Shown in pieces: positions 19,632-27,843 of a stretch of DNA of 64,000 nt. The notes below the pieces were generated by a model. The model saw only the letters and a list, made by a program, of their open reading frames with translations, was not told the DNA's origin and ran no database searches. How positions within the stretch are numbered: position 1 is the stretch's first letter; each line of letters starts with the position of its first letter. The position numbers and the translations under genes are program-made. Origin of the DNA: an uncultured Alphaproteobacteria bacterium (GTDB taxonomy: Bacteria; Pseudomonadota; Alphaproteobacteria; CBDUZE01); the NCBI GenBank assembly GCA_965371625.1, contig CBDUZE010000002.1, positions 177,668 to 241,667 of the forward strand. Direction: 5' to 3'.

Positions 19632-20331
19632 GCCCAAGACCCCAAATACTCAGCAGAGGTTCGGCGAGGCCGCGCTCCCGCGACGACGCGTGCTCGCTTG
19701 CGGCACCGCGTTCCTGCTTGCTGGGTGCGCGGACGTTCCGGTGCTGGCCAACGCCGTCGATGCCCTGAGGATTGCGGTCATCGGCGCGCCCGACCCGCCG
19801 ATCGAGCGGGCCGCGATCGCGAAATTACCATATGCCTCGATGAGCGCAAAGATCGGAAAGGGCGCGCGTGGCATGCTCGTTCTGGGGCGCTACGATGGCG
19901 ACGATTTACACTGGGTCGCGGGCGGTTCGGGCATCATCGTCACGCGCCACGGACGCGTGGTCAAGACCGCTGGCCTTCCCGTCAACCTCAAGGACACCCG
20001 CGCCTTCCGCGAGGACCCGGTGGCGACGCGGCTGCATCGGCTGGAAAAGCCGGTGGAATACGTCCGTTACGTCGATATCGAACCGGGTCACCGTTACGAC
20101 CTGCCGATTCGGTCGCGGTTCGAGACCGTTGGACCGCAGCGTATAACCATCGTCGAGATCGAGTTCAAGACCGTGCTCGTGCGCGAGGTCAACGAAGCCG
20201 GGACCATGAACTGGAAATTCGAGAACCTCTACTGGGTCGATATCTTCGACGGCTTCGTATGGAAAAGCCGCCAGCATATCGCGCGCGGGATGCCGCCACT
20301 CGAACTCGAGGTGCTCAAACCGGCGGCATAA
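19630..20331 (+). CDS. yjbF: YjbF/GfcB-family lipoprotein
   Basis: ATG at 19630. Signal peptide with lipobox 'AFLLAGC'. About 233 aa. Located in a yjbEFGH-like cluster. The start overlaps the divergent wza-like start (CATG). Confidence 0.6.
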   Translation: MPKTPNTQQRFGEAALPRRRVLACGTAFLLAGCADVPVLANAVDALRIAVIGAPDPPIERAAIAKLPYASMSAKIGKGARGMLVLGRYDGDDLHWVAGGSGIIVTRHGRVVKTAGLPVNLKDTRAFREDPVATRLHRLEKPVEYVRYVDIEPGHRYDLPIRSRFETVGPQRITIVEIEFKTVLVREVNEAGTMNWKFENLYWVDIFDGFVWKSRQHIARGMPPLELEVLKPAA

Positions 20332-20429
20332 GCGCCTGACCGGGGGCGCCGACCCGCACAGGCCTCGGCCTACGCGGCGCAGGCTCCGGTCCTCAACGTG
20401 ATTCGATCGCTTCGCGGTCCGGATCAGCG

Positions 20430-20705
20430 TCACTGCGCCGGCGCATTGGTGGCGGGGGTGGCCGTCGTGTTGTTGTCGGAGCTCGTGGCGCTAAGGGCGA
20501 TGACGATGGCGATCGCCGCGGCGAAACCGACGCCCGTGGCAACCAGCGCATCACGCAGCCTGTCGTCCTTATCGCTGAGGGCGCTCACGCCCGCGGCCGC
20601 GCCCTTGCCGGTATTGGTGGCCTGGGATTGGGCAAGCGCCGGCCCTGGGGAGGCCCCCAGCACCAAAGCAGCGAGGTACGAGATCAAGGTCTTCTTTGAA
20701 ACCAT
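20430..20705 (-). CDS. yjbE: YjbE-like small secreted Ala/Gly/Thr-rich protein
   Basis: 91 aa, 'MVSKKTLISYLAALVLGASPGPALAQSQATNTGKGAAAGVSALSD'. Signal peptide plus a low-complexity region, the size and composition of YjbE. Confidence 0.6.
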   Translation of the reverse strand: MVSKKTLISYLAALVLGASPGPALAQSQATNTGKGAAAGVSALSDKDDRLRDALVATGVGFAAAIAIVIALSATSSDNNTTATPATNAPAQ

Positions 20706-20887
20706 GTCGAATCACAACGACCCATCCGCCGCTGCGAGCATTCACCCCCTAGCGGACGAGCGGCACCAAATTATCACAGATCGTCTTGCCGGCCAAGCTC
20801 AGGTCAGGTCGGGCCTGGCGCCCCGGCGCCTGGTCGATGCCCCCGGGTTGCGAAGGCCAGGCCGCGAGAGTCGCTGTCGTCGCGCGA

Positions 20888-21157
20888 CTATCTGGTCTGG
20901 GTGGCGGTCGAGGAGGTGGTGGCAGCACCCGGGGAGCGGTTGCCGTCATCGAGGGCGAGGGCGAGAACAGGCAAGAGCAAGGCCTGCCCGCCCAGCCCCA
21001 GGAACTGGAATGGGATCGCCAGCTTCAGCGCTTGCTGCACGCCCGCGACCACCCCGAAGCCGGTCTTGGTGGCCTGGGACCTCGCCTGACCCGCAGACGG
21101 AGCGCCGGCGAGGACGAGCGCGAGAGCAGCGACGATCTGAATCTTCCCCGGAATCAC
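20888..21157 (-). CDS. Second YjbE-like small secreted protein (tandem paralog)
   Basis: GTG start 'VIPGKIQIVAALALVLAGAPSAGQARSQATKTGFGVVAGV'. Shares the 'SQATxTGxGxxAGV' core with the 20430..20705 gene. Confidence 0.5.
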   Translation of the reverse strand: MIPGKIQIVAALALVLAGAPSAGQARSQATKTGFGVVAGVQQALKLAIPFQFLGLGGQALLLPVLALALDDGNRSPGAATTSSTATQTR

Positions 21158-21545
21158 GGTGTTAGCTCTAAGTGCTTCGCCCCTTAGATCGTAATCCGAC
21201 TGCCACCTTGATCGCAAGTGCACTGGCCCGACGGAGGAATGAGCCGCGCCGCGCCGGACCCGCCTCCCGCCTCGCTGGAATGACCGCGGAGACGCTAGGC
21301 GCGGCCATCCCGCGGCAGCGCGCCCGACCGCGAGCGCACCAAGCGCGGCGCCTCGGAGGACCGCGGCGGAGGCTCGATTCGCCGGCGGCCCGGAGCCGCC
21401 CGGGGCCTCGATCGCGAGCCTCGCGGACACCGCGTCGAGCAACTGTTTGCTTGCCCGAAGCTCGAGAGCCGTGTTATCTGGCTCCCCGCACCGCCGCATC
21501 GGTTTGCGCCTCTCCCCGCCCGTCACTCGGCAGCGATCATCCGGT

Positions 21546-22472
21546 ATGAGGTTTCTCGGCTCCCTTATTGCCCTGGTCTTGGCGCTGGTCGTTGCCGGGC
21601 AGCCGTCGGCCCGCGCCGAGCAGTCGAGTCGCTACCACATCGGCTATGAGATCCTGCTGGCGGGGTTTTCGGTCGGCAACATCGAGGTGACGGTCGAGCT
21701 CTCCAAGAGCGAGTACCATGTCATTGCCGATACTCGGAATTCAGGCTTGCTGCGGCTGCTGGCCGGGTTCACATCGCGGGCCGAAAGCAGCGGCCGGACC
21801 AGCCTCGGGGAGGTAAGACCGCTAACCCATCGGGCCGACAACGTGTGGGTTGGCGAGAAGAGATACGTTCGCAACGCCTATGGCGACGATGGCGGCGTGA
21901 GCGTGGAGGTGCTTCCCTCCGCCGCCGCCGACGGGCGCGACCAGGTCCCCAGTCACCACCGGGCGGACACCATCGATCCCTTGAGCGCCGCTGTGCAGGC
22001 CAGCCTTCGGGCCGTCGGGGCGCGGGCCTGTCAGGGCAGCCTGGCCGTGTTCGACGGGCGGCGGCGCTACGACCTGCACTTCCGGCCCGTGGGCGAGGAG
22101 GAAGTATCGGGGCCGTTCTACAGCGGACCCGCCCTTCACTGTCATATCGATCTCGAACGCATCATCGGTTTCTCGCGCGACCCCTGGCTGCCCCGGGCCA
22201 AGTCGTCGGACGCGGCGGAGATCTGGTTCGCGCCCGTCGCGGCCGACTTGCCGCCGCTGCCGACGAGAATGATGACGGACCTCGGGCTGGGCACCGCCGA
22301 GGTCATCCTGGTGTCGCTGACCCCCGCCCCGGCGCCCCCGCGCGACCACGAAGCGCGGCCCTCGGCGCCCACCAAATCGGGAGCCGACAGAGCCGGTCAG
22401 GTCTCGCCGTCCGGGGGCGATGTAAGCGGCGACGCCCTCACCCAACTTCTCGAACCGAGGCGCCGCCCCTGA
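21546..22472 (+). CDS. Secreted DUF3108-like protein
   Basis: ATG 'MRFLGSLIALVLALVVAGQPSARA' signal peptide. 'YHIGYEILLAGFSVGNIEVTVE' start typical of DUF3108. Family assignment from memory only. Confidence 0.4.
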   Translation: MRFLGSLIALVLALVVAGQPSARAEQSSRYHIGYEILLAGFSVGNIEVTVELSKSEYHVIADTRNSGLLRLLAGFTSRAESSGRTSLGEVRPLTHRADNVWVGEKRYVRNAYGDDGGVSVEVLPSAAADGRDQVPSHHRADTIDPLSAAVQASLRAVGARACQGSLAVFDGRRRYDLHFRPVGEEEVSGPFYSGPALHCHIDLERIIGFSRDPWLPRAKSSDAAEIWFAPVAADLPPLPTRMMTDLGLGTAEVILVSLTPAPAPPRDHEARPSAPTKSGADRAGQVSPSGGDVSGDALTQLLEPRRRP

Positions 22473-22497
22473 GCCGAGCGCCGCCGCGGCGGCGGGG

Positions 22498-23997
22498 TCA
22501 GAAGCGAAACGTCCAGGTCGCCTCTATCGAGGCCAGGAAATCGCTCGTGCCCGGCGTGTTCGGTTCGTCGTCCTGGAGCCGCAGCTCGATGCCGAAGGTG
22601 CCCTTGCGCCAGGGAACGTTGAGGCCGATTTCAAACAGGTTGATGTCCTCGTTGTTGAGGCTCAAGGGTCGAGGGCTGGCGCTACCGCGATTGAGCTCGG
22701 CGTGATGGTAGGCCAGCCGGTAGGTCCAGTCGCGCAGGTCGGTCAGCGTGCCCACCACCGAGAACAGACGGGCGTCACCGTCGAGACTGTGGCCGAGGGC
22801 GCGGCGGCGATAGCGATAGCCGCTCTTGTAGATGAAGTGGTTGTAGAAGACGCCGAGACGGGCGTCGCTGAGGGGCAGGCCTCCCTGATAGGAGGTGCTG
22901 TCCGAATACTCGGTGGTCAGGCGCCACAGCCCCCCCTCGCCACCGATGCCGCCCCACAACGTCAGGCCGACAACCAGCCCCGCCAGGTCGGGATAGATGA
23001 GAAATTCCTCGGCCTCGCCGATGAGCTGACCGTACAGGGTGAAATACTGGCCGGCCAAACTCGAGGAGAAGCGCAGGTCGAGGCCCTCGAGCTGATTGCC
23101 GGGATCGTTGAGGGGATCGCCGGTGAAATCGTTGCCGATGAAGGAGTCGACGAAGGTGTCGAACTCGCAGGGCCGGCCGCCACCGCAAATCATCAGCGCG
23201 CGGGTGGCGCCGATCTCCAGGCCGGGCAAGGGATTGAACGCCACCCGGAAGCCGAGCACGAGCGGATTCGAGATCACCCGCCCACCCTCCTCGAGGACGC
23301 CGCCGAAGGCGTTGAACTGCCACGGTCCGATCCAGCTCAGCCACGGGTTCTCGAACGCCGTCGGGTTGCGGCGCATCAGCCCCACCCGGGGGAAGGGGCG
23401 CGCGTTGTTGGAAAGGATCAGGCTGCTCACCTCGCCCGGTCCCCACCACTGATCGAGGGTGCCGCCGTAGACGATCCAATTGGCGATGCTCAGGGCGAAG
23501 TAGCTGTCGTCGAAGGCAAGATCGCCGCCGCCGAAATCGATATCGCTCTGGTAACCGACGCTGAGCCGGGCAGCCATGGTCCTGGTCATCCACTCGGCCC
23601 GGGCCCGGGCATCGATCTCGCGCCGCCCGCTGGGACCGAAGTCGCGCACCAGCGCGGGCTCGCTCGAGAACCTGCCGATGGCTTCCATCCTGAAGCGCTT
23701 GATGGCGGTTTCCCGGGCCATGCGGTTCCGCACCCGCCTGAGGCTGCGGCGGACGTGCGGCGGCAGTCTGGACGCGTCCTCGACAACGAGGCGATTGGAG
23801 ATTTGTGCCCAGGGAATCGGCCACGTCGTGACCAGGCCGTCGATCAGGCCGTACTGGGTGAGCACCTCGATATCGCTTCTCAGCACCGCGTCGCCGACCT
23901 CGGCCCACGGCGACGCCGAGGCGGGCGTCGGAGCGGCCGAGAGGGCCCCCAGCAGGCCCAGCAAGCCGACGATCAAGGCCGCCCGAATTCTCGCCAT
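22498..23997 (-). CDS. wzi: Capsule assembly protein Wzi-like outer-membrane beta-barrel
   Basis: 499 aa, signal peptide 'MARIRAALIVGLLGLLGALSAAP'. 'LTQYGLIDGLVTTWPIPWAQI' Wzi-like N-terminal helical region. Aromatic-rich beta-strand pattern ending in C-terminal Phe ('ATWTFRF'). Adjacent to the wza/yjb genes. Confidence 0.6.
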   Translation of the reverse strand: MARIRAALIVGLLGLLGALSAAPTPASASPWAEVGDAVLRSDIEVLTQYGLIDGLVTTWPIPWAQISNRLVVEDASRLPPHVRRSLRRVRNRMARETAIKRFRMEAIGRFSSEPALVRDFGPSGRREIDARARAEWMTRTMAARLSVGYQSDIDFGGGDLAFDDSYFALSIANWIVYGGTLDQWWGPGEVSSLILSNNARPFPRVGLMRRNPTAFENPWLSWIGPWQFNAFGGVLEEGGRVISNPLVLGFRVAFNPLPGLEIGATRALMICGGGRPCEFDTFVDSFIGNDFTGDPLNDPGNQLEGLDLRFSSSLAGQYFTLYGQLIGEAEEFLIYPDLAGLVVGLTLWGGIGGEGGLWRLTTEYSDSTSYQGGLPLSDARLGVFYNHFIYKSGYRYRRRALGHSLDGDARLFSVVGTLTDLRDWTYRLAYHHAELNRGSASPRPLSLNNEDINLFEIGLNVPWRKGTFGIELRLQDDEPNTPGTSDFLASIEATWTFRF

Positions 23998-24203
23998 TCA
24001 CCCGTCTCCCGAGCCCCTCGAACGCGCCGCCCAACAGCGCCGGGAGCTTCGCGGCAAGCCCCCCGCTCGGGGGGACGCTAGCACGAAAGGAATTGTTCGG
24101 CCATCCGAGGGCACCGGCGTCCTCATCCGGGCGGCGGCGGCGGCCAGGGCGGCACGAGGGTTCGGGCGCCCCGCGATCGGGCGGCCCAAGCGGCCGGCCG
24201 GGC

Positions 24204-25013
24204 TCACCAGCGGCGATGGCGGTTGAGGAAGGCCAGGATCGTGGCCACGTTGCTCGGGTCCTTGAAGACGTCGTGGCCGCCGCCGCCCGCGAGCACGATC
24301 GAGCGCGCGGCCGGCCGGCGCGCCATGAAGCGGCCGCAGTCCCCGCCCTGGCCGCGGGTCCGATTGGGGGCGTACCAGGGGTCGTCGCGGTGGACGATGG
24401 CCAGGATCGGCTCTTCGGGCGGAGCGGCGATGCCGCGGACGATGGGCGCGCCGTTGCAGGTCCACTGGGCGATCACGCGGGCGTTGAACTCGTCGCCGCG
24501 ATAAAGCGCGACGGCGACCCCGCCCTCGCTGGAGCCGATCAGAAACAGGTTGCGGCGGTCGACCCACCCGAGCTCGACCGCGCGCCGCACGGCGAAGGCG
24601 ATCTCGGCCAGTCGGAACTCGTAGACGAACAGGTTGTGGCCACCGGTCTTGCTCTCGGGGTCGCACTGCAGGGGGCGATAGCGGCGGGCGAAGCTGTCGG
24701 GCGCGATGACCGCGAATCCCGCCGCCGCCAGTCGCATCAGGAAGTCGAGGTCGCCCAGGCCGGTGCAGCCATGGAGGTAGATCACCGTCGGCAGCCTCCG
24801 CGTCGCGGCGCCGGCGCTGGCCGGGTCACCGAAGGCGCTCTGGCCCATCTTCGCGTGGTGGATCGGAGTGCCGCCCATCGGCGGCAGGACAAGGGTGGCC
24901 CCGTCCCAGGTGCGCGCCAGATCGGACGGCGAGTCCGACGGCGAGTCCGACCGCCAGACCGCGCCGCAGGCGGCAAGCACGAGCAGCGGGAGGATGGCGA
25001 CGGCCTTCAGCAT
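24204..25013 (-). CDS. Dienelactone-hydrolase-like alpha/beta hydrolase lipoprotein
   Basis: ATG 'MLKAVAILPLLVLAACG' lipobox. 'VIYLHGCTG' and 'LIGSSEGG' nucleophile-elbow-like motifs. Confidence 0.55.
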   Translation of the reverse strand: MLKAVAILPLLVLAACGAVWRSDSPSDSPSDLARTWDGATLVLPPMGGTPIHHAKMGQSAFGDPASAGAATRRLPTVIYLHGCTGLGDLDFLMRLAAAGFAVIAPDSFARRYRPLQCDPESKTGGHNLFVYEFRLAEIAFAVRRAVELGWVDRRNLFLIGSSEGGVAVALYRGDEFNARVIAQWTCNGAPIVRGIAAPPEEPILAIVHRDDPWYAPNRTRGQGGDCGRFMARRPAARSIVLAGGGGHDVFKDPSNVATILAFLNRHRRW

Positions 25014-25035
25014 CGATGCGAGCGAACGCCGGCGC

Positions 25036-25953
25036 TCAGCGGCCGACGGCAAGCTTCGCCGGGTCGCGGCCCTGGCCTCGCGCGCGGCCTGCGATCAGCG
25101 GCGCCACCGCCACCCACCACTCCGGCTGGAGGGCGCGGGTCGCCGCCGCCGCCGCCTGAGCCGCCCGGGCCTCGGGAAAGATGCCGAAACAGGTGGCGCC
25201 ACTGCCCGACATCCGCGCCAGCAGACAGCCGGGCTGGTCCTCGAGCAGCCGCAACACTCGGCCAATCGCCGGGACCATCGCCGCCGCCGGCCGCTCGAGG
25301 TCGTTGCGCCGGCTCGCCAACAGCCCGGCCAACTGCGACGCCGAGGTCGGCGTCTCGGCGAAGCGCCCGGGCCCCGACGGCGCGCCGCGCAAGGCAGCGA
25401 AAACCTCCCCGGTCGGCGCCGGCGGTCCCGGGTTCACCAGCACCACGTCGACGGGCGGCAGCTTCTGAGCCGGCGCCACCTTCTCGCCGACGCCGCTCAC
25501 GAAGACGGTTTGCCCGGCCAGGCAGGCCGGCACGTCCGCCCCCAACGAGAGCCCGAGCGCGCGCAACTGGTCCTCATCGATCGCGAGCCCCCATAATTCG
25601 ACCAACGCCCGCAGCGCCGCCGCCGCGTCGGCCGAGCCCCCGCCCAGCCCCGCCGCCACCGGCAGACGCTTCTCGAGCGACATCCGCGCGCCGGCCTCGA
25701 CCCCGGCGGCGGCGGCCAACGCGCGGGCGGCTCGCATCACCAAGTTGCCGTCGTCGTCCGTGACCAGGGAAGCGAAAGGTCCGCTGACCGCGAGCGACAG
25801 CGCTGCCGCCGGACCCACCTCGAGGGCGTCGCCGACGGCGGCGAAGGCGACCAAGCTGTCGAGCAGGTGGTATCCGTCGGCCCGCTTGCCGACAACGTGG
25901 AGGTAGAGGTTGATCTTGGCGGGCGCGGCGCGGCGGACGACTCGCTCCTCCAC
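25036..25953 (-). CDS. ispE: 4-(cytidine 5'-diphospho)-2-C-methyl-D-erythritol kinase
   Basis: 'APAKINLYLHVVGKRADGYH' and the GHMP kinase motif 'PVAAGLGGGSADAAAAL'. GTG start. Confidence 0.85.
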   Translation of the reverse strand: MEERVVRRAAPAKINLYLHVVGKRADGYHLLDSLVAFAAVGDALEVGPAAALSLAVSGPFASLVTDDDGNLVMRAARALAAAAGVEAGARMSLEKRLPVAAGLGGGSADAAAALRALVELWGLAIDEDQLRALGLSLGADVPACLAGQTVFVSGVGEKVAPAQKLPPVDVVLVNPGPPAPTGEVFAALRGAPSGPGRFAETPTSASQLAGLLASRRNDLERPAAAMVPAIGRVLRLLEDQPGCLLARMSGSGATCFGIFPEARAAQAAAAATRALQPEWWVAVAPLIAGRARGQGRDPAKLAVGR

Positions 25954-25959
25954 GGGCGC

Positions 25960-27720
25960 TCAGCTCCCCTCTTTGGCGGGCTCGCGGGGCGTCAGGCCCA
26001 GCTTCAGCTTGGCCTCGATGGCCGGTACGAGCTCCTCGTCCGGGGTGAAGGAAAGCGCGCGCCGCCATTGGAATCGGGCCTCGTTAACACGATCGACGCG
26101 CCAGTATGCGTCGCCCAGATGGTCGTTGATGGTGGGGTCCTCGGGCCGCAGCTCGACCGCGCGCTCGAGCTGCTCCACGGCCTCGATGTAGCTGCCCATC
26201 CGGTAGTAGACCCAGCCCAGGCTGTCGACGATGTAACCGTCGTTGGGCCGCAGCTCGACCGCCTTCTCGATCATCCCCAGCGCCCGCTCGAAGTTGTCCC
26301 CTTGCTCGACCCAGGAATAGCCCAGGTAGTTGAGCACCAGAGGCTGGTCCGGCTTGAGCTCGAGGGCGTGGAGGAAATCGGCCTCGGCGCGAGTCCACTG
26401 GCGCGAGCGCTCGAGGGCGATGCCCCGCGCGTACAACAGCGACCAGTGGCGCTCCTCGAACTCGGAAATGCGCTCGAACACTCCGTCGTAGGCGTCCGCC
26501 GCCTCTTGGTAACGCTCGCGGCCGCGCAAGATGTCGGCCAAGGTGACCAGCGCCTCGATGCGCCCGGTGCGCTCCTCGGCCATCTCGCGGAGCCGCTCCA
26601 CCGCCTCGTCGGTGCGATCGATTCGATCCAGCGCCGAGGCGACGCGTAGGCGCGCGTTCCAACCATAGGGCGAGTCGCGGCCTATCTCGTCGTAGGTCTC
26701 GATGGCATCGTCCCAGCGGCGCTCGCCTTCGAACAGCTCGCCGAGCAGCGTCCGCGCCACCGCCAGATCGGACTGCATGAAGAGGGCGAGTCGGGAGTAG
26801 TTCTGAGCCGAGTCCTGCGCGTTGTCCTGTGCCAAGGCACTGGCGACGTCGAACAGCGCCTCGGCGACGCCGCTCGAGGGGTCGGCAACGAGAGCCCGCG
26901 GCGGCATCCCCTTGTCGAACCGCGCCAGGGTGTCCGAGATCACCGGATTATCGGGTCTGCGCTCCAGGTACTCGAGGTAAAGCTCCCGCGCCTCCTGCCC
27001 CCGACCGTTCTTTTCGAGGAACGAGCCGAAGGCCTCGATCATGCGTTGGGTGCCGCCGGAGGTCTCCTCGACGGCCTCCCGGAAGGCCGCTTCGGCCGCC
27101 TCGTCGCGCCCGGCGAAGTCGTGAATCAGGGCGCCATGAAAGGCGCGAAACGAGGCGAACGACTCGGTCTCCGTGAGTGCCTCGAGGGCGGCGACCGCGG
27201 CGTCGTACTGCTCGCCCGCGGCCAGCGCCCAGGCGCCGAGGAGTGGCACGAGCAAGGTATTGAAGCCCGAGCTCGGCGCTGCCTTCAGGCGCCCCAGCAC
27301 CGATTCGTAGTCGCCCTTCTTGAAGTCGCCGAGCGCCGCCACCAAGTGCGCGATGCCGGTGCGGGGGGACTGCTCGACGACCTTGATGGCGAGCGGCATC
27401 GCCTCGTCGATGCGGCCGTCGGCGACGAAGAGGAAGAAGGTCCGGCGCAGCAGCGCCACGTTGTCCGGATCCTCGGCCAGCGCCATGGCGTAAAAATCGG
27501 CCGCCGCCTCGATATCCTTGCCCGAGCGGGCGAAGCGTCCCGCCAGATAGCTGCCAAGGGGCGACTCGAGCCGGGCCTCCGGCATCGGCGCCGGTGCCTG
27601 CGGGACTGGCGCGGGTGGCGGGAGCTCCGATTGGGGCACGCAGGTGGCGATCAGGCCGAGAGCCAAGGCCAGCGCCACGGTCATCGCCGCGGTCGTCAAC
27701 GCCGAGTGTCGTCGCACCAA
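25960..27720 (-). CDS. Tetratricopeptide-repeat lipoprotein
   Basis: Signal peptide/lipobox 'ALALGLIATC'. Multiple TPR units ('AADFYAMALAEDPDN', 'YLGYSWVEQGDNFERALGMIEKAVELRPNDGY...'). Directly upstream of ispE, a conserved alphaproteobacterial arrangement. TTG start. Confidence 0.75.
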   Translation of the reverse strand: MVRRHSALTTAAMTVALALALGLIATCVPQSELPPPAPVPQAPAPMPEARLESPLGSYLAGRFARSGKDIEAAADFYAMALAEDPDNVALLRRTFFLFVADGRIDEAMPLAIKVVEQSPRTGIAHLVAALGDFKKGDYESVLGRLKAAPSSGFNTLLVPLLGAWALAAGEQYDAAVAALEALTETESFASFRAFHGALIHDFAGRDEAAEAAFREAVEETSGGTQRMIEAFGSFLEKNGRGQEARELYLEYLERRPDNPVISDTLARFDKGMPPRALVADPSSGVAEALFDVASALAQDNAQDSAQNYSRLALFMQSDLAVARTLLGELFEGERRWDDAIETYDEIGRDSPYGWNARLRVASALDRIDRTDEAVERLREMAEERTGRIEALVTLADILRGRERYQEAADAYDGVFERISEFEERHWSLLYARGIALERSRQWTRAEADFLHALELKPDQPLVLNYLGYSWVEQGDNFERALGMIEKAVELRPNDGYIVDSLGWVYYRMGSYIEAVEQLERAVELRPEDPTINDHLGDAYWRVDRVNEARFQWRRALSFTPDEELVPAIEAKLKLGLTPREPAKEGS

Positions 27721-27843
27721 TCGTATCCCTTGGCTCTTGCCTTCAGGCTCGATTCCCGAGCCCCGTCATAGCCGCCATTATACACAGGTCCGACGCGGTC
27801 ATGGACCCGTTATGCAGCCGCCCGCGAGAGCTCCCGGAGCCGC

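Noticed and set aside
22479-22494. Perfect 16-nt GC palindrome (cgccgccgcggcggcg) between convergent DUF3108 and wzi as a bidirectional terminator.
   Set aside because: There is no loop and no flanking T/A tract. It may simply be GC-rich coding-end sequence.
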